In this document: piece by piece, positions 37,939-49,979 of the stretch
How the letters are laid out: every line of letters begins with the position of its first letter
Position numbering within the stretch: the first letter of the stretch is position 1
NCBI RefSeq assembly: GCF_003790525.1
Contig: NZ_CP033635.1
Length of the DNA: 64,000 nucleotides
Source of the DNA: Escherichia coli
Lineage (GTDB): Bacteria; Pseudomonadota; Gammaproteobacteria; Enterobacterales; Enterobacteriaceae
Strand: one strand, 5' to 3'
The notes under the pieces: model-generated
The model's database searches: none
What the model was told of the DNA's origin: nothing
Seen by the model: the letters and a program-made list of their open reading frames with translations, nothing else
Made by a program: the position numbers and the translations under genes

Positions 37939-38997
37939 TCAGGCGGTTATCGACACACTTTTAATTTGCGCGTACAGCCACAGGCCTGGTTTGATCGCCA
38001 GTTCATCCCTGGCCCACGGGCTGATACGCGCCCACAGCGTTTTACCGCCGACTTCCAGCTCCACTTCCACCTGGCCGTTGTCGTCATAACTATTAACAAC
38101 TTTTGCCCGCAATACGTTACGAATGCTGGTTTGCTGCGGCGGTTGTAAAACCAGAGAAACATCGGAAGCCTGAATGCGGATACGTAGCGCAGCTTGCAGC
38201 GGTTCGTCCAGCTTATTGACCCACAAATGCTGATCGCCCAGCGCCAGCGCGGTCATCGCGTAATGCGGATGATGCTCAAGCACCGTCACTTTCAGAATGC
38301 TACTTTGTTGCTCTTTCGGCAGCCACGGATTCATCACGCTACTGCCCCACACTTCTTCCAGCGCGCCAAAGGCTTTCACCTGACCGTTTTCCAGTACCAT
38401 CACTCTGTCTGCCAGATGGAGGATCTCATCCAGCGAATGGCTGACATACAACATCGGAATGTTGATTTCCCGCGTCAGACGTTGCAGATAAGGCAACAGT
38501 TCGCGTTTACGCGGAATATCCAGTGACGCCAGCGGTTCATCCAGCAACAGCAATTCCGGTGCTGTCAGCAAAGCCCGACCAATCGCCACGCGCTGTTTTT
38601 CGCCTCCGGACAGGCTGCCTGGTAAACGATCAAGCAACGGTTCAATGCCTAAAAGCGCCACCAGCTTATCGAACTGATCGACCATGCTTTTCGCCATGCC
38701 GTAGCGCAGATTGCCACGCACTTTGTAATGCGGGAACAGCCGCGCATCCTGAAACACATAGCCTACGCGACGCTTTTCTGGCGTCAGGCAGATACCTTTA
38801 TCGGCGTCATTTAGTACCCGACCATTGAGGACAATCCGCCCTTTTTGCGGGCGCGTCAGCCCACTGATGGCGTTAATCAGCGAGGTTTTTCCGGCACCAG
38901 AGACACCAAAAATAGCGGTGATGCCATTGGCGGGCAGCGTTTCATTAATCGTCAGGCAATGGTTGCCCAACGTCTGGGAAAAATTCAGTTCCAGCAT
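37939..38997 (-). CDS. modC: Molybdate ABC transporter ATP-binding protein ModC (352 aa)
   Basis: ORF track 352 aa, Walker [18 protein letters not shown]. Confidence 0.96.
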   Translation of the reverse strand: MLELNFSQTLGNHCLTINETLPANGITAIFGVSGAGKTSLINAISGLTRPQKGRIVLNGRVLNDADKGICLTPEKRRVGYVFQDARLFPHYKVRGNLRYGMAKSMVDQFDKLVALLGIEPLLDRLPGSLSGGEKQRVAIGRALLTAPELLLLDEPLASLDIPRKRELLPYLQRLTREINIPMLYVSHSLDEILHLADRVMVLENGQVKAFGALEEVWGSSVMNPWLPKEQQSSILKVTVLEHHPHYAMTALALGDQHLWVNKLDEPLQAALRIRIQASDVSLVLQPPQQTSIRNVLRAKVVNSYDDNGQVEVELEVGGKTLWARISPWARDELAIKPGLWLYAQIKSVSITA

Positions 38998-38999
38998 GA

Positions 39000-39689
39000 T
39001 TAGCGCCCCGCCCGTTCACGGCTGATTCTGGCCAGCCATTCTGAAATCAACAGGGAGATCATCGCCAGCGCAATAGAAATAATACACAGTCTCGCCGCGC
39101 CACTTTCCCCACCTGGGGTCTGGATCAGGGTATACATAGCAGAAGGAATGGTTCGCGTTTCACCAGGAATGTTCGACACAAAGGTGATGGTTGCGCCAAA
39201 TTCACCGAGCGAACGAGCGAATGCCAGTACCGTACCAACAATAATTCCCGGCAACGTCAGCGGTAAGGTAATAGTGAAGAAGACACGCCAGCGCCCGGCA
39301 CCCAACGTTCTTGCGGCCTGCTCCAGTTTGATATCAACACCTTCCAGCGCCAGACGAATCGCCCGCACCATCAGCGGAAAAGACATGACAGCGGCAGCGA
39401 GAACCGCACCACGCCAGCTAAACGCGAAAGAAAGACCAAACCAGTCATACAGACGTTCACCGATAAATCCGCGCCGTCCCATCGAAACTAATAATAGGTA
39501 ACCGACGACCACGGGCGGTAACACCAGCGGTAGATGCAGTACGCTGTCGAGCAGAGCTTTGCCCGGAAACGTGCAACGCACCAGTAACCAGGCAAAAAAG
39601 ATCCCAAACGGCAGGCTAAACAGCACAGCCAGGGAAGAAACTTTCAGGCTTAGTAAAACCGCCTGCCATTCTGGATCGGTCAGTATCAT
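39000..39689 (-). CDS. modB: Molybdate ABC transporter permease ModB (229 aa)
   Basis: ORF track 229 aa, multi-TM. Confidence 0.96.
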   Translation of the reverse strand: MILTDPEWQAVLLSLKVSSLAVLFSLPFGIFFAWLLVRCTFPGKALLDSVLHLPLVLPPVVVGYLLLVSMGRRGFIGERLYDWFGLSFAFSWRGAVLAAAVMSFPLMVRAIRLALEGVDIKLEQAARTLGAGRWRVFFTITLPLTLPGIIVGTVLAFARSLGEFGATITFVSNIPGETRTIPSAMYTLIQTPGGESGAARLCIISIALAMISLLISEWLARISRERAGR

Positions 39690-40462
39690 TACTTGGTTGT
39701 AAATCCGTAACGTTTAAAGATTTCCGCTGCCTGCGGTCCCTTCAGATAATCATAAAATGCTTTCACTGTCGCATTGTTATGCCCTTCCACAACAGCAACC
39801 GGATATTCCACTTTTTTATGTGAATCTTCCGGGAAGGTGGCAACCACTTTTACCCCTTTGCTGGCAACTGCGTCAGAACCGTAAACAATACCCAGCGGCG
39901 CTTCATTGCGTTCGACCAACGCCAGCGCGCCACGAACATCTTCCGCCGGAGCCAGTTTCGGGGAGAGCGTATCCCATGCGCCCAGTTTTTGCAGTGCTTC
40001 TTTCGCATAAATGCCAGCAGGGACATGTTCCGGATCACCAACCGCGAGGCGACCGCCATTCAGCAGCGAAGTCCAGTTGGTTTTGCTGTCGATGGTGAAA
40101 TCTTTCTGCTCGCTGGCTTTCGGTGCTACAACGACCAGGCTATTGCCGAGCAGTGTCTGGCGCGAAGCCGTATCGATCGCTTTTTTATCAACCGCATAAT
40201 CCATCCATTTCTGATCGGCAGAAATAAACAGATCCGCAGGCGCACCCGCTTCAATCTGACGGGCCAAAGTAGATGACGAAGCGAAAGAAGAAACCACATC
40301 CACGCCTTTCTCTTTTTTATACTGCGTAGCAATGTCCTGCATTGCGTTAGTCAGTGATGCGGCGGCGAACACCGTGATTTTCCCTTCATCTGCCAGTGCA
40401 TTGCCAGCAACAGCGAAAGAGAGCGCCGCCCCGGTAAACAAGTTCAACCATTTACGAGCCAT
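39689..40462 (-). CDS. modA: Molybdate-binding periplasmic protein ModA (257 aa)
   Basis: ORF track 257 aa with signal peptide MARKWLNLFTGAALSFAVAGNALA. Confidence 0.96.
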   Translation of the reverse strand: MARKWLNLFTGAALSFAVAGNALADEGKITVFAAASLTNAMQDIATQYKKEKGVDVVSSFASSSTLARQIEAGAPADLFISADQKWMDYAVDKKAIDTASRQTLLGNSLVVVAPKASEQKDFTIDSKTNWTSLLNGGRLAVGDPEHVPAGIYAKEALQKLGAWDTLSPKLAPAEDVRGALALVERNEAPLGIVYGSDAVASKGVKVVATFPEDSHKKVEYPVAVVEGHNNATVKAFYDYLKGPQAAEIFKRYGFTTK

Positions 40463-40481
40463 TGGTAACCCCTTAATCTAA

Positions 40482-40505
40482 CGTTATGTAGGCGTCAATA
40501 TAACG
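40482..40505. promoter_or_regulatory. ModE operator at the modA promoter (CGTTATATTG-N5-TACATAACG palindrome)
   Basis: cgttatgtaggcgtcaatataacg, 20 nt upstream of modA ATG. Confidence 0.65.
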
Positions 40506-40628
40506 GCAAGTTCGGAATTTTCCCAGCAGTTATTGCTAACCTTTGTGAGGTAGATGAGAAAAAATATCGGCAGGAAAAGCAGGAAGTTGAGAAAAAGAAA
40601 ATGCCCGACTAAGCGGGCATTCAGGGAA

Positions 40629-40796
<168 letters not shown>

Positions 40797-40906
40797 TCAT
40801 GAGACTATTCTAACCGCTAAGCACAGAAAAGCACTCCCCTTTTGTGCGGTCAGCTTTGCGTGGCGTTCGTTTTCCGTCACAATAAGACTTTTGCCAGGAT
40901 ATTGTT

Positions 40907-41695
40907 ATGCAGGCCGAAATCCTTCTCACCCTTAAGCTCCAAGAAAAATTATTCGCCGACCCGCGCCGCATTTCGCTACTAAAACACATTGCGCTTTCCG
41001 GTTCCATTAGCCAGGGAGCGAAAGATGCCGGTATCAGCTATAAAAGCGCCTGGGATGCCATTAACGAAATGAATCAGTTAAGTGAGCATATTCTGGTCGA
41101 GCGCGCAACAGGCGGTAAAGGTGGCGGCGGCGCAGTACTGACCCGCTATGGTCAGCGACTGATTCAGCTCTATGACTTACTGGCGCAAATCCAGCAAAAA
41201 GCCTTTGATGTGTTAAGTGACGATGACGCCCTGCCGCTGAACAGCCTGCTGGCCGCGATCTCACGTTTTTCACTGCAAACCAGCGCCCGTAACCAGTGGT
41301 TCGGTACCATCACCGCCCGCGATCATGATGACGTTCAACAGCATGTTGATGTCTTACTGGCTGATGGAAAAACACGCCTGAAAGTCGCAATTACCGCACA
41401 AAGCGGCGCACGTCTGGGGCTGGATGAAGGCAAAGAAGTGTTGATATTGCTAAAAGCGCCGTGGGTAGGGATTACTCAGGACGAGGCGGTCGCGCAAAAC
41501 GCTGACAACCAATTACCGGGTATTATTAGTCATATTGAGCGCGGCGCAGAGCAGTGCGAAGTATTAATGGCGCTACCCGACGGGCAAACACTGTGCGCCA
41601 CAGTGCCGGTAAATGAAGCGACTTCTCTTCAGCAAGGACAGAATGTCACGGCCTACTTTAATGCCGACAGCGTGATTATCGCCACGCTGTGCTAA
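40907..41695 (+). CDS. modE: Molybdate-responsive transcriptional regulator ModE (262 aa)
   Basis: ORF track 262 aa, MQAEILLTLKLQEKLFADPRRISLLKHIALSGSISQGAKDAGISYKSAW... Confidence 0.96.
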   Translation: MQAEILLTLKLQEKLFADPRRISLLKHIALSGSISQGAKDAGISYKSAWDAINEMNQLSEHILVERATGGKGGGGAVLTRYGQRLIQLYDLLAQIQQKAFDVLSDDDALPLNSLLAAISRFSLQTSARNQWFGTITARDHDDVQQHVDVLLADGKTRLKVAITAQSGARLGLDEGKEVLILLKAPWVGITQDEAVAQNADNQLPGIISHIERGAEQCEVLMALPDGQTLCATVPVNEATSLQQGQNVTAYFNADSVIIATLC

Positions 41696-41762
41696 GCGTG
41701 TTGACAATTTGTTATGAAACACGTATCCCTGTCAGTAATCGCTGCACAAAATGGGATATAAA

Positions 41763-43235
41763 ATGTCATCGTTGCAAATTTTGCAAGGCACGTTTCGTCT
41801 TGGCGACACAAAAACGCTGCAATTGCCTCGGCTAACGTTAAACGCGGGTGATAGTTGGGCGTTTGTCGGTTCGAATGGAAGCGGGAAATCGGCGCTGGCC
41901 CGCGCGCTGTCGGGGGAACTTCCGCTTTTGAAAGGTGAACGGCAAAGCCAGTTTTCCCACATCACTCGTCTCTCCTTCGAGCAATTGCAAAAGCTCGTCA
42001 GCGACGAATGGCAGCGGAATAACACCGATATGCTTAGTCCTGGCGAAGATGACACCGGGCGTACCACGGCTGAGATCATTCAGGATGAAGTAAAGGATAC
42101 TCCGCGTTGCATGCAACTGGCGCAGCAGTTCGGTATTACCGCCCTCCTCGACCGACGCTTTAAATACCTTTCCACTGGCGAGACGCGAAAAACCCTGCTG
42201 TGTCAGGCGCTGATGTCGGAGCCTGACTTGTTGATTCTTGATGAGCCGTTCGATGGCCTGGATGTTGCCTCACGTCAGCAGCTGGCTGAGCTACTCGCCT
42301 CGTTACATCAGTCCGGTATTACTCTGGTACTGGTGCTCAATCGCTTCGATGAGATCCCAGAATTTGTCCAGTTTGCTGGCGTGCTGGCGGATTGTACGTT
42401 AGCGGAAACTGGCGCTAAAGAGGAACTGCTCCAGCAAGCACTCGTCGCGCAACTGGCACATAGCGAACAGCTTGAAGGTGTGCAAATGCCGGAGCCGGAT
42501 GAACCTTCAGCACGTCACGCCTTACCCGCCAACGAACCGCGCATTGTGCTGAACAATGGAGTGGTTTCTTATAACGAACGCCCCATTCTTAATAACCTTA
42601 GCTGGCAGGTGAATCCAGGCGAACACTGGCAAATTGTCGGGCCAAATGGCGCGGGAAAATCGACGTTATTAAGCCTGATTACTGGCGATCATCCGCAAGG
42701 TTACAGCAACGATTTGACGCTTTTCGGACGACGTCGCGGCAGCGGCGAAACCATCTGGGATATCAAAAAGCATATCGGTTACGTCAGCAGTAGTTTGCAT
42801 CTGGATTACCGGGTCAGCACTACTGTGCGTAATGTGATCCTTTCTGGCTATTTTGATTCGATTGGCATTTATCAGGCCGTATCGGATCGCCAGCAAAAAC
42901 TGGTGCAGCAGTGGCTGGATATTCTCGGCATTGATAAACGCACGGCTGACGCTCCTTTCCATAGTCTTTCCTGGGGACAGCAGCGTCTGGCGCTGATCGT
43001 CCGTGCGCTAGTGAAACATCCGACATTGCTTATTCTCGATGAACCACTACAGGGGCTTGATCCGCTCAATCGCCAGCTTATCCGCCGTTTTGTTGATGTG
43101 CTGATTAGCGAAGGTGAAACGCAATTGTTGTTTGTTTCGCACCACGCTGAAGATGCGCCTGCCTGTATTACCCATCGTCTGGAGTTCGTGCCGGACGGTG
43201 ACTTTTATCGCTATGCGCTGACAAAAATAAACTGA
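41763..43235 (+). CDS. modF: ABC-type ATPase ModF (two ATP-binding domains, 490 aa)
   Basis: MSSLQILQGTFRLGDTK...; Walker A GSNGSGKS and GPNGAGKST; start at the internal ATG of the track ORF. Confidence 0.94.
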   Translation: MSSLQILQGTFRLGDTKTLQLPRLTLNAGDSWAFVGSNGSGKSALARALSGELPLLKGERQSQFSHITRLSFEQLQKLVSDEWQRNNTDMLSPGEDDTGRTTAEIIQDEVKDTPRCMQLAQQFGITALLDRRFKYLSTGETRKTLLCQALMSEPDLLILDEPFDGLDVASRQQLAELLASLHQSGITLVLVLNRFDEIPEFVQFAGVLADCTLAETGAKEELLQQALVAQLAHSEQLEGVQMPEPDEPSARHALPANEPRIVLNNGVVSYNERPILNNLSWQVNPGEHWQIVGPNGAGKSTLLSLITGDHPQGYSNDLTLFGRRRGSGETIWDIKKHIGYVSSSLHLDYRVSTTVRNVILSGYFDSIGIYQAVSDRQQKLVQQWLDILGIDKRTADAPFHSLSWGQQRLALIVRALVKHPTLLILDEPLQGLDPLNRQLIRRFVDVLISEGETQLLFVSHHAEDAPACITHRLEFVPDGDFYRYALTKIN

Positions 43236-43402
43236 GTCGGTAGTGCTGACCGTGCCGGAGGCGGCGTAAACGTGTTATCCGGCCAACGGTTTGACGCATG
43301 CAGGCATGAAACCGCGTCTTTTTTTCAGATAAAAAGTGCAATCATTCATAAACCCTCTGTTTTATAATCACTTAATCGCGCATAAAAAACGGCTAAATTC
43401 TT

Positions 43403-43418
43403 GTGTAAACGATTCCAC
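43403..43418. promoter_or_regulatory. gal operator OE (GTGTAAACGATTCCAC), GalR/GalS site
   Basis: Exact 16-mer upstream of gal -10 region (tatgctatggttatttcatacc). Confidence 0.75.
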
Positions 43419-43496
43419 TAATTTATTCCATGTCACACTTTTCGCATCTTTGTTATGCTATGGTTATTTCATACCATAAGCCTAATGGAGCGAATT

Positions 43497-44513
43497 ATGA
43501 GAGTTCTGGTTACCGGTGGTAGCGGTTACATTGGAAGTCATACCTGTGTGCAATTACTGCAAAACGGTCATGATGTCATCATTCTTGATAACCTCTGTAA
43601 CAGTAAGCGCAGCGTACTGCCTGTTATCGAGCGTTTAGGCGGCAAACATCCAACGTTTGTTGAAGGCGATATCCGTAACGAAGCGTTGATGACCGAGATC
43701 CTGCACGATCACGCTATCGACACCGTGATCCACTTCGCCGGGCTGAAAGCCGTTGGCGAATCGGTACAAAAACCGCTTGAATATTACGACAACAATGTCA
43801 ACGGTACTCTGCGCCTGATTAGCGCCATGCGCGCCGCTAACGTCAAAAACTTTATCTTTAGCTCCTCCGCCACCGTTTATGGCGATCAGCCCAAAATTCC
43901 ATATGTTGAAAGCTTCCCGACCGGCACACCGCAAAGCCCTTACGGCAAAAGCAAGCTGATGGTGGAACAGATCCTCACCGATCTGCAAAAAGCCCAGCCG
44001 GACTGGAGCATTGCCCTGCTGCGCTACTTCAACCCAGTTGGCGCGCATCCGTCGGGCGATATGGGCGAAGATCCGCAAGGCATTCCGAATAACCTGATGC
44101 CATACATCGCCCAGGTTGCTGTAGGCCGTCGCGACTCGCTGGCGATTTTTGGTAACGATTATCCGACCGAAGACGGTACTGGCGTGCGCGATTACATCCA
44201 CGTAATGGATCTGGCGGACGGTCACGTCGTAGCGATGGAAAAACTGGCGAACAAGCCAGGCGTACACATCTACAACCTCGGCGCTGGCGTGGGCAGCAGC
44301 GTGCTGGACGTGGTTAATGCCTTCAGCAAAGCCTGCGGCAAACCGGTTAATTATCATTTTGCACCGCGTCGCGAGGGCGACCTTCCGGCCTACTGGGCGG
44401 ACGCCAGCAAAGCCGACCGTGAACTGAACTGGCGCGTAACGCGCACACTCGATGAAATGGCGCAGGACACCTGGCACTGGCAGTCACGCCATCCACAGGG
44501 ATATCCCGATTAA
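43497..44513 (+). CDS. galE: UDP-glucose 4-epimerase GalE (338 aa)
   Basis: MRVLVTGGSGYIGSHTCVQLL...; start at the internal ATG of the track ORF. Confidence 0.97.
   Translation: MRVLVTGGSGYIGSHTCVQLLQNGHDVIILDNLCNSKRSVLPVIERLGGKHPTFVEGDIRNEALMTEILHDHAIDTVIHFAGLKAVGESVQKPLEYYDNNVNGTLRLISAMRAANVKNFIFSSSATVYGDQPKIPYVESFPTGTPQSPYGKSKLMVEQILTDLQKAQPDWSIALLRYFNPVGAHPSGDMGEDPQGIPNNLMPYIAQVAVGRRDSLAIFGNDYPTEDGTGVRDYIHVMDLADGHVVAMEKLANKPGVHIYNLGAGVGSSVLDVVNAFSKACGKPVNYHFAPRREGDLPAYWADASKADRELNWRVTRTLDEMAQDTWHWQSRHPQGYPD
43516..43531. promoter_or_regulatory. gal operator OI (GTGGTAGCGGTTACAT) inside the 5' end of galE
   Basis: 16-mer within galE codons 7-12. Confidence 0.7.
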
Positions 44514-44522
44514 GGAACGACC

Positions 44523-45569
44523 ATGACGCAATTTAATCCCGTTGATCATCCACATCGCCGCTACAACCCGCTCACCGGGCAATGGATTCTGGTTTCACCG
44601 CACCGCGCTAAGCGCCCCTGGCAGGGGGCGCAGGAAACGCCAGCCAAACAGGTGTTACCTGCGCACGATCCAGATTGCTTCCTCTGCGCAGGTAATGTGC
44701 GGGTGACAGGCGATAAAAACCCCGATTACACCGGGACTTACGTTTTCACTAATGACTTTGCGGCCTTGATGTCTGACACGCCAGATGCGCCAGAAAGCAA
44801 CGATCCGCTAATGCGTTGCCAGAGCGCGCGCGGTACCAGCCGGGTGATCTGCTTTTCACCGGATCACAGTAAAACGTTGCCAGAACTGAGCGTTGCGGCA
44901 TTGACGGAAATCGTCAAAACCTGGCAGGAGCAAACCGCAGAGCTGGGAAAAACGTACCCGTGGGTACAGGTCTTTGAAAACAAAGGCGCGGCGATGGGCT
45001 GCTCTAACCCGCATCCGCACGGACAGATTTGGGCAAATAGCTTCCTGCCTAACGAAGCTGAGCGCGAAGACCGCCTGCAAAAAGAATATTTCGCCGGGCA
45101 GAAATCACCAATGCTGGTGGATTATGTTCAGCGCGAGCTGGCAGACGGTAGCCGTACCGTTGTCGAAACCGAACACTGGTTAGCCGTTGTACCTTACTGG
45201 GCTGCCTGGCCGTTCGAAACGCTACTGCTGCCCAAAGCCCACGTTTTGTGGATCACCGATTTGACCGACGCCCAGCGCAGCGATTTGGCACTGGCGTTGA
45301 AAAAGCTGACCAGTCGTTATGACAACCTCTTCCAGTGCTCCTTCCCCTACTCTATGGGCTGGCACGGCGCGCCATTTAATGGCGAAGAGAATCAACACTG
45401 GCAGCTGCACGCGCACTTTTATCCGCCTCTGTTGCGCTCCGCCACCGTACGTAAATTTATGGTTGGTTATGAAATGCTGGCAGAAACCCAGCGAGACCTG
45501 ACCGCAGAACAGGCAGCAGAGCGTTTGCGCGCAGTCAGCGATATCCATTTTCGCGAATCCGGAGTGTAA
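44523..45569 (+). CDS. galT: Galactose-1-phosphate uridylyltransferase GalT (348 aa)
   Basis: ORF track 348 aa, [35 protein letters not shown]... Confidence 0.97.
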   Translation: MTQFNPVDHPHRRYNPLTGQWILVSPHRAKRPWQGAQETPAKQVLPAHDPDCFLCAGNVRVTGDKNPDYTGTYVFTNDFAALMSDTPDAPESNDPLMRCQSARGTSRVICFSPDHSKTLPELSVAALTEIVKTWQEQTAELGKTYPWVQVFENKGAAMGCSNPHPHGQIWANSFLPNEAEREDRLQKEYFAGQKSPMLVDYVQRELADGSRTVVETEHWLAVVPYWAAWPFETLLLPKAHVLWITDLTDAQRSDLALALKKLTSRYDNLFQCSFPYSMGWHGAPFNGEENQHWQLHAHFYPPLLRSATVRKFMVGYEMLAETQRDLTAEQAAERLRAVSDIHFRESGV

Positions 45570-45572
45570 GAA

Positions 45573-46721
45573 ATGAGTCTGAAAGAAAAAACACAATCTC
45601 TGTTTGCCAACGCATTTGGCTACCCTGCCACTCACACCATTCAGGCGCCTGGCCGCGTGAATTTGATTGGTGAACACACCGACTACAACGACGGTTTCGT
45701 TCTGCCCTGCGCGATTGATTATCAAACCGTGATCAGTTGTGCACCACGCGATGACCGTAAAGTTCGCGTGATGGCAGCCGATTATGAAAATCAGCTCGAT
45801 GAGTTTTCCCTCGATGCGCCCATTGTCGCACATGAAAGCTATCAATGGGCTAACTACGTTCGTGGCGTGGTGAAACATCTGCAACTGCGTAACAACAACT
45901 TCGGCGGTGTGGACATGGTGATCAGCGGCAATGTGCCGCAGGGTGCCGGGTTAAGTTCTTCCGCTTCACTGGAAGTCGCGGTCGGAACCGTATTGCAGCA
46001 GCTTTATCATCTGCCGCTGGACGGCGCACAAATCGCGCTTAATGGTCAGGAAGCAGAAAACCAGTTTGTAGGCTGTAACTGTGGAATCATGGATCAACTG
46101 ATTTCCGCGCTCGGCAAGAAAGATCATGCCTTGCTGATCGATTGCCGCTCACTGGGGACCAAAGCTGTTTCCATGCCGAAAGGCGTGGCTGTCGTCATCA
46201 TCAACAGTAACTTCAAACGTACCCTGGTTGGCAGCGAATACAACACCCGTCGTGAACAGTGCGAAACCGGTGCGCGTTTCTTCCAGCAGCCAGCGCTGCG
46301 CGATGTCACCATTGAAGAGTTCAACGCTGTTGCGCATGAACTGGACCCAATCGTGGCGAAACGCGTGCGTCATATCCTGACTGAAAACGCCCGCACCGTT
46401 GAAGCTGCCAGCGCGCTGGAGCAAGGCGACCTGAAACGTATGGGCGAGTTGATGGCGGAGTCTCATGCCTCTATGCGCGATGATTTCGAAATCACCGTGC
46501 CGCAAATTGACACTCTGGTAGAAATCGTCAAAGCTGTGATTGGCGACAAAGGTGGCGTACGCATGACCGGCGGCGGATTTGGCGGCTGCATCGTCGCGCT
46601 GATCCCGGAAGAGCTGGTGCCTGCAGTACAGCAAGCTGTCGCTGAACAATATGAAGCAAAAACAGGTATTAAAGAGACTTTTTACGTTTGTAAACCATCA
46701 CAAGGAGCAGGACAGTGCTGA
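45573..46721 (+). CDS. galK: Galactokinase GalK (382 aa)
   Basis: ORF track 382 aa, [45 protein letters not shown]... Confidence 0.97.
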   Translation: MSLKEKTQSLFANAFGYPATHTIQAPGRVNLIGEHTDYNDGFVLPCAIDYQTVISCAPRDDRKVRVMAADYENQLDEFSLDAPIVAHESYQWANYVRGVVKHLQLRNNNFGGVDMVISGNVPQGAGLSSSASLEVAVGTVLQQLYHLPLDGAQIALNGQEAENQFVGCNCGIMDQLISALGKKDHALLIDCRSLGTKAVSMPKGVAVVIINSNFKRTLVGSEYNTRREQCETGARFFQQPALRDVTIEEFNAVAHELDPIVAKRVRHILTENARTVEAASALEQGDLKRMGELMAESHASMRDDFEITVPQIDTLVEIVKAVIGDKGGVRMTGGGFGGCIVALIPEELVPAVQQAVAEQYEAKTGIKETFYVCKPSQGAGQC

Positions 46722-47755
46722 ACGAAACTCCCGCACTGGCACCCGATGGTCAGCCGTACCGACTGTTAACTTTGCGTAACAACGCAGGGATGGTAGTCAC
46801 GCTGATGGACTGGGGTGCGACTTTACTTTCCGCCCGTATTCCGCTTTCCGATGGCAGCGTCCGCGAGGCGCTGCTTGGCTGCGCCAGCCCGGAATGCTAT
46901 CAGGATCAGGCCGCATTTCTGGGGGCCTCTATTGGTCGTTATGCCAACCGCATCGCCAATAGCCGTTATACCTTTGACGGTGAAACCGTGACGCTTTCGC
47001 CAAGTCAGGGCGTTAACCAGCTGCACGGCGGCCCGGAAGGGTTCGACAAACGTCGCTGGCAGATTGTGAACCAGAATGATCGTCAGGTGCTATTTGCCCT
47101 GAGTTCAGATGATGGCGATCAGGGCTTCCCGGGTAATCTCGGCGCGACGGTGCAATATCGTCTGACCGACGATAACCGTATCTCCATTACTTATCGCGCC
47201 ACAGTTGATAAACCTTGCCCGGTGAATATGACTAATCACGTCTATTTCAACCTCGACGGCGAGCAGTCTGACGTGCGCAATCACAAGTTGCAGATTCTGG
47301 CGGACGAATATCTGCCGGTTGATGAAGGCGGCATTCCGCACGACGGTCTGAAATCTGTCGCCGGAACATCTTTTGATTTCCGCAGCGCCAAAATCATCGC
47401 CAGTGAGTTTCTTGCCGACGACGATCAGCGCAAAGTGAAAGGTTACGATCACGCGTTCTTGTTACAGGCCAAAGGCGATGGCAAGAAAGTGGCGGCGCAT
47501 GTCTGGTCAGCAGATGAAAAATTGCAGCTGAAGGTCTACACCACCGCTCCGGCTCTGCAATTCTACTCCGGCAACTTCCTCGGCGGCACACCGTCGCGGG
47601 GAACCGAACCTTACGCCGACTGGCAAGGGCTGGCTCTGGAAAGCGAATTTCTGCCGGACAGTCCGAACCACCCTGAATGGCCGCAACCGGACTGCTTCCT
47701 GCGTCCTGGCGAAGAGTATTCCAGCCTGACGGAATATCAGTTTATTGCTGAGTAA
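46715..47755 (+). CDS. galM: Aldose 1-epimerase (galactose mutarotase) GalM (346 aa)
   Basis: ORF track 346 aa; overlaps galK stop. Confidence 0.96.
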   Translation: MLNETPALAPDGQPYRLLTLRNNAGMVVTLMDWGATLLSARIPLSDGSVREALLGCASPECYQDQAAFLGASIGRYANRIANSRYTFDGETVTLSPSQGVNQLHGGPEGFDKRRWQIVNQNDRQVLFALSSDDGDQGFPGNLGATVQYRLTDDNRISITYRATVDKPCPVNMTNHVYFNLDGEQSDVRNHKLQILADEYLPVDEGGIPHDGLKSVAGTSFDFRSAKIIASEFLADDDQRKVKGYDHAFLLQAKGDGKKVAAHVWSADEKLQLKVYTTAPALQFYSGNFLGGTPSRGTEPYADWQGLALESEFLPDSPNHPEWPQPDCFLRPGEEYSSLTEYQFIAE

Positions 47756-47759
47756 TGTT

Positions 47760-47785
47760 AAGCCCTCGTCATGAGGGCTTTATCT
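47760..47785 (+). terminator. Hairpin after galM (7-bp stem AGCCCTC/GAGGGCT) followed by T-rich tract
   Basis: agccctcgtcatgagggctttatcttcat. Confidence 0.5.
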
Positions 47786-47910
47786 TCATATTGTTCAAAT
47801 CACCAGCAAACACCGACATATTTGCAACTCAATATTCACAACAACCTTACACTGCGACACTATTTTCGCTATGGTTATGCGTAAGCATTGCTGTTGCTTC
47901 GTCACGGCAA

Positions 47911-47929
47911 TATAATGAGAATTATTATC
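47911..47929. promoter_or_regulatory. Fur-box-like 19-mer overlapping the gpmA -10 region
   Basis: tataatgagaattattatc, 16/19 match to GATAATGATAATCATTATC. Confidence 0.5.
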
Positions 47930-47957
47930 ATTAAAAGATGATTTGAGGAGTAAGTAT

Positions 47958-48710
47958 ATGGCTGTAACTAAGCTGGTTCTGGTTCGTCATGGCGAAAGTC
48001 AGTGGAACAAAGAAAACCGTTTCACCGGTTGGTACGACGTGGATCTGTCTGAGAAAGGCGTAAGCGAAGCAAAAGCAGCAGGTAAGCTGCTGAAAGAGGA
48101 AGGTTACAGCTTTGACTTTGCTTACACCTCTGTGCTGAAACGCGCTATTCATACCCTGTGGAATGTGCTGGACGAACTGGATCAGGCATGGCTGCCCGTT
48201 GAGAAATCCTGGAAACTGAACGAACGTCACTACGGTGCATTGCAGGGTCTGAACAAAGCGGAAACCGCTGAAAAGTATGGCGACGAGCAGGTGAAACAGT
48301 GGCGTCGTGGTTTTGCGGTGACTCCGCCGGAACTGACTAAAGATGATGAGCGTTATCCGGGTCACGATCCGCGTTACGCGAAACTGAGCGAGAAAGAGCT
48401 GCCACTGACGGAAAGCCTGGCGCTGACCATTGACCGCGTGATCCCTTACTGGAATGAAACCATTCTGCCGCGTATGAAGAGCGGTGAGCGCGTCATCATC
48501 GCTGCACACGGTAACTCGTTACGTGCGCTGGTGAAATATCTCGATAACATGAGCGAAGAAGAGATTCTTGAGCTGAATATCCCGACCGGCGTGCCGCTGG
48601 TTTATGAGTTTGACGAGAACTTCAAACCGCTGAAACGCTATTATCTGGGTAATGCTGATGAGATCGCGGCGAAAGCAGCAGCCGTTGCGAACCAGGGTAA
48701 AGCGAAGTAA
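47958..48710 (+). CDS. gpmA: 2,3-bisphosphoglycerate-dependent phosphoglycerate mutase GpmA (250 aa)
   Basis: [25 protein letters not shown]...; start at the internal ATG of the track ORF. Confidence 0.97.
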
Positions 48711-48734
48711 ACGTCATTCGTTTAAAAATGAGAA

Positions 48735-48762
48735 AGCCGACTGCAAGTGAGTCGGCTTTTTG
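48735..48762 (+). terminator. Rho-independent terminator after gpmA
   Basis: agccgact-gcaagtg-agtcggct followed by tttttgttt. Confidence 0.65.
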
Positions 48763-48790
48763 TTTGTCGTTGCTAACAATGGAGCACATT

Positions 48791-48821
48791 GCCTGATGCG
48801 ACGCTGCGCGTCTTATCAGGG
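48791..48821. repeat. REP (repetitive extragenic palindromic) element between gpmA and aroG
   Basis: gcctgatgcgacgctgcgcgtcttatcaggg matches the GCCTGATGCGACGCT...CTTATCAGGC REP pattern. Confidence 0.6.
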
Positions 48822-48856
48822 CTGCAAACGTACAGTCATAGCGATTCGACTATAAA

Positions 48857-49909
48857 TTACCCGCGACGCGCTTTTACTGCATTCGCCAGTTGACGTAACA
48901 GAGCATCGGTATCATCCCAGCCAATGCAGGCATCGGTGATGCTCTTGCCATAAGCCAGCGGTTCCCCGCTCTCCAGGCTCTGATTGCCTTCCACCAGATG
49001 GCTTTCCACCATCACGCCAATAATAGCCTTTTCGCCACCGGCAATCTGCTGGCAAACGTCAGCACAAACATCCATCTGCTTTTTGAATTGTTTTGACGAG
49101 TTAGCATGGCTGAAATCGATCATCACCTGTGCTGGCAGGCCTGCTTTGTTCAGCCCTTCTTTCACTTCAGCAACGTGCTTCGCGCTGTAGTTAGGCTCTT
49201 TACCGCCGCGCAGAATGATATGGCAATCGCCGTTACCGCTGGTATTCACAATCGCCGAATGCCCCCATTTCGTTACGGACAGGAAGCAGTGCGGCGCACC
49301 GGCGGCATTAATAGCATCGATAGCCACTTTAATCGTACCATCAGTGCCATTTTTGAAGCCTACCGGGCAAGAAAGACCAGACGCCAGTTCGCGGTGCACC
49401 TGCGATTCCGTAGTACGTGCGCCAATTGCGCCCCAGCTCATCAGGTCAGCGAGATATTGTGGGGTGATCATATCCAGGAATTCACCCGCCGCTGGCAGAC
49501 CGCTGTCGTTAATATCGAGCAGCAATTTGCGGGCAATACGCAGACCGTCGTTGATCTGGAAGCTGTTATCCATATGCGGATCGTTAATCAGCCCTTTCCA
49601 GCCCACCGTTGTACGCGGCTTTTCAAAATAGACGCGCATTACGATTTCCAGCTCATCTTTCAGCTCTTCACGCAGCGCCAGCAAGCGAGTGGCATACTCT
49701 TTTGCTGCGACAGGATCATGGATTGAGCATGGGCCAATCACCACCAACAGGCGATCATCATTACCTTTCAGGATCTTATGGATCGCTTTTCGGGCATGGG
49801 CGACCGTATTCGCGGCATTTTCAGTAGCGGGGAATTTTTCCAGCAATGCGACAGGAGGAAGTAACTCTTTGATTTCTTTGATGCGTAAATCGTCGTTCTG
49901 ATAATTCAT
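48857..49909 (-). CDS. aroG: Phe-sensitive 3-deoxy-D-arabino-heptulosonate-7-phosphate synthase AroG (350 aa)
   Basis: ORF track 350 aa, MNYQNDDLRIKEIKELLPPVALLEKFPATENAANTVAHARKAIHKIL... Confidence 0.97.
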   Translation of the reverse strand: MNYQNDDLRIKEIKELLPPVALLEKFPATENAANTVAHARKAIHKILKGNDDRLLVVIGPCSIHDPVAAKEYATRLLALREELKDELEIVMRVYFEKPRTTVGWKGLINDPHMDNSFQINDGLRIARKLLLDINDSGLPAAGEFLDMITPQYLADLMSWGAIGARTTESQVHRELASGLSCPVGFKNGTDGTIKVAIDAINAAGAPHCFLSVTKWGHSAIVNTSGNGDCHIILRGGKEPNYSAKHVAEVKEGLNKAGLPAQVMIDFSHANSSKQFKKQMDVCADVCQQIAGGEKAIIGVMVESHLVEGNQSLESGEPLAYGKSITDACIGWDDTDALLRQLANAVKARRG

Positions 49910-49979
49910 GTCTGTTCCAGTGTTGCCATACTTATCTTAGTGAATGCAATACTTCCAATCTATATCTTCCGTCAGAATG

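Noticed and set aside
43635-44477. 280-aa minus-strand ORF
   Set aside because: Antisense to galE; no homology signal; galE on the plus strand is certain.
45222-45884. 220-aa minus-strand ORF
   Set aside because: Antisense across the galT/galK junction; artefact.
49106-49726. 206-aa plus-strand ORF
   Set aside because: Antisense to aroG; artefact.
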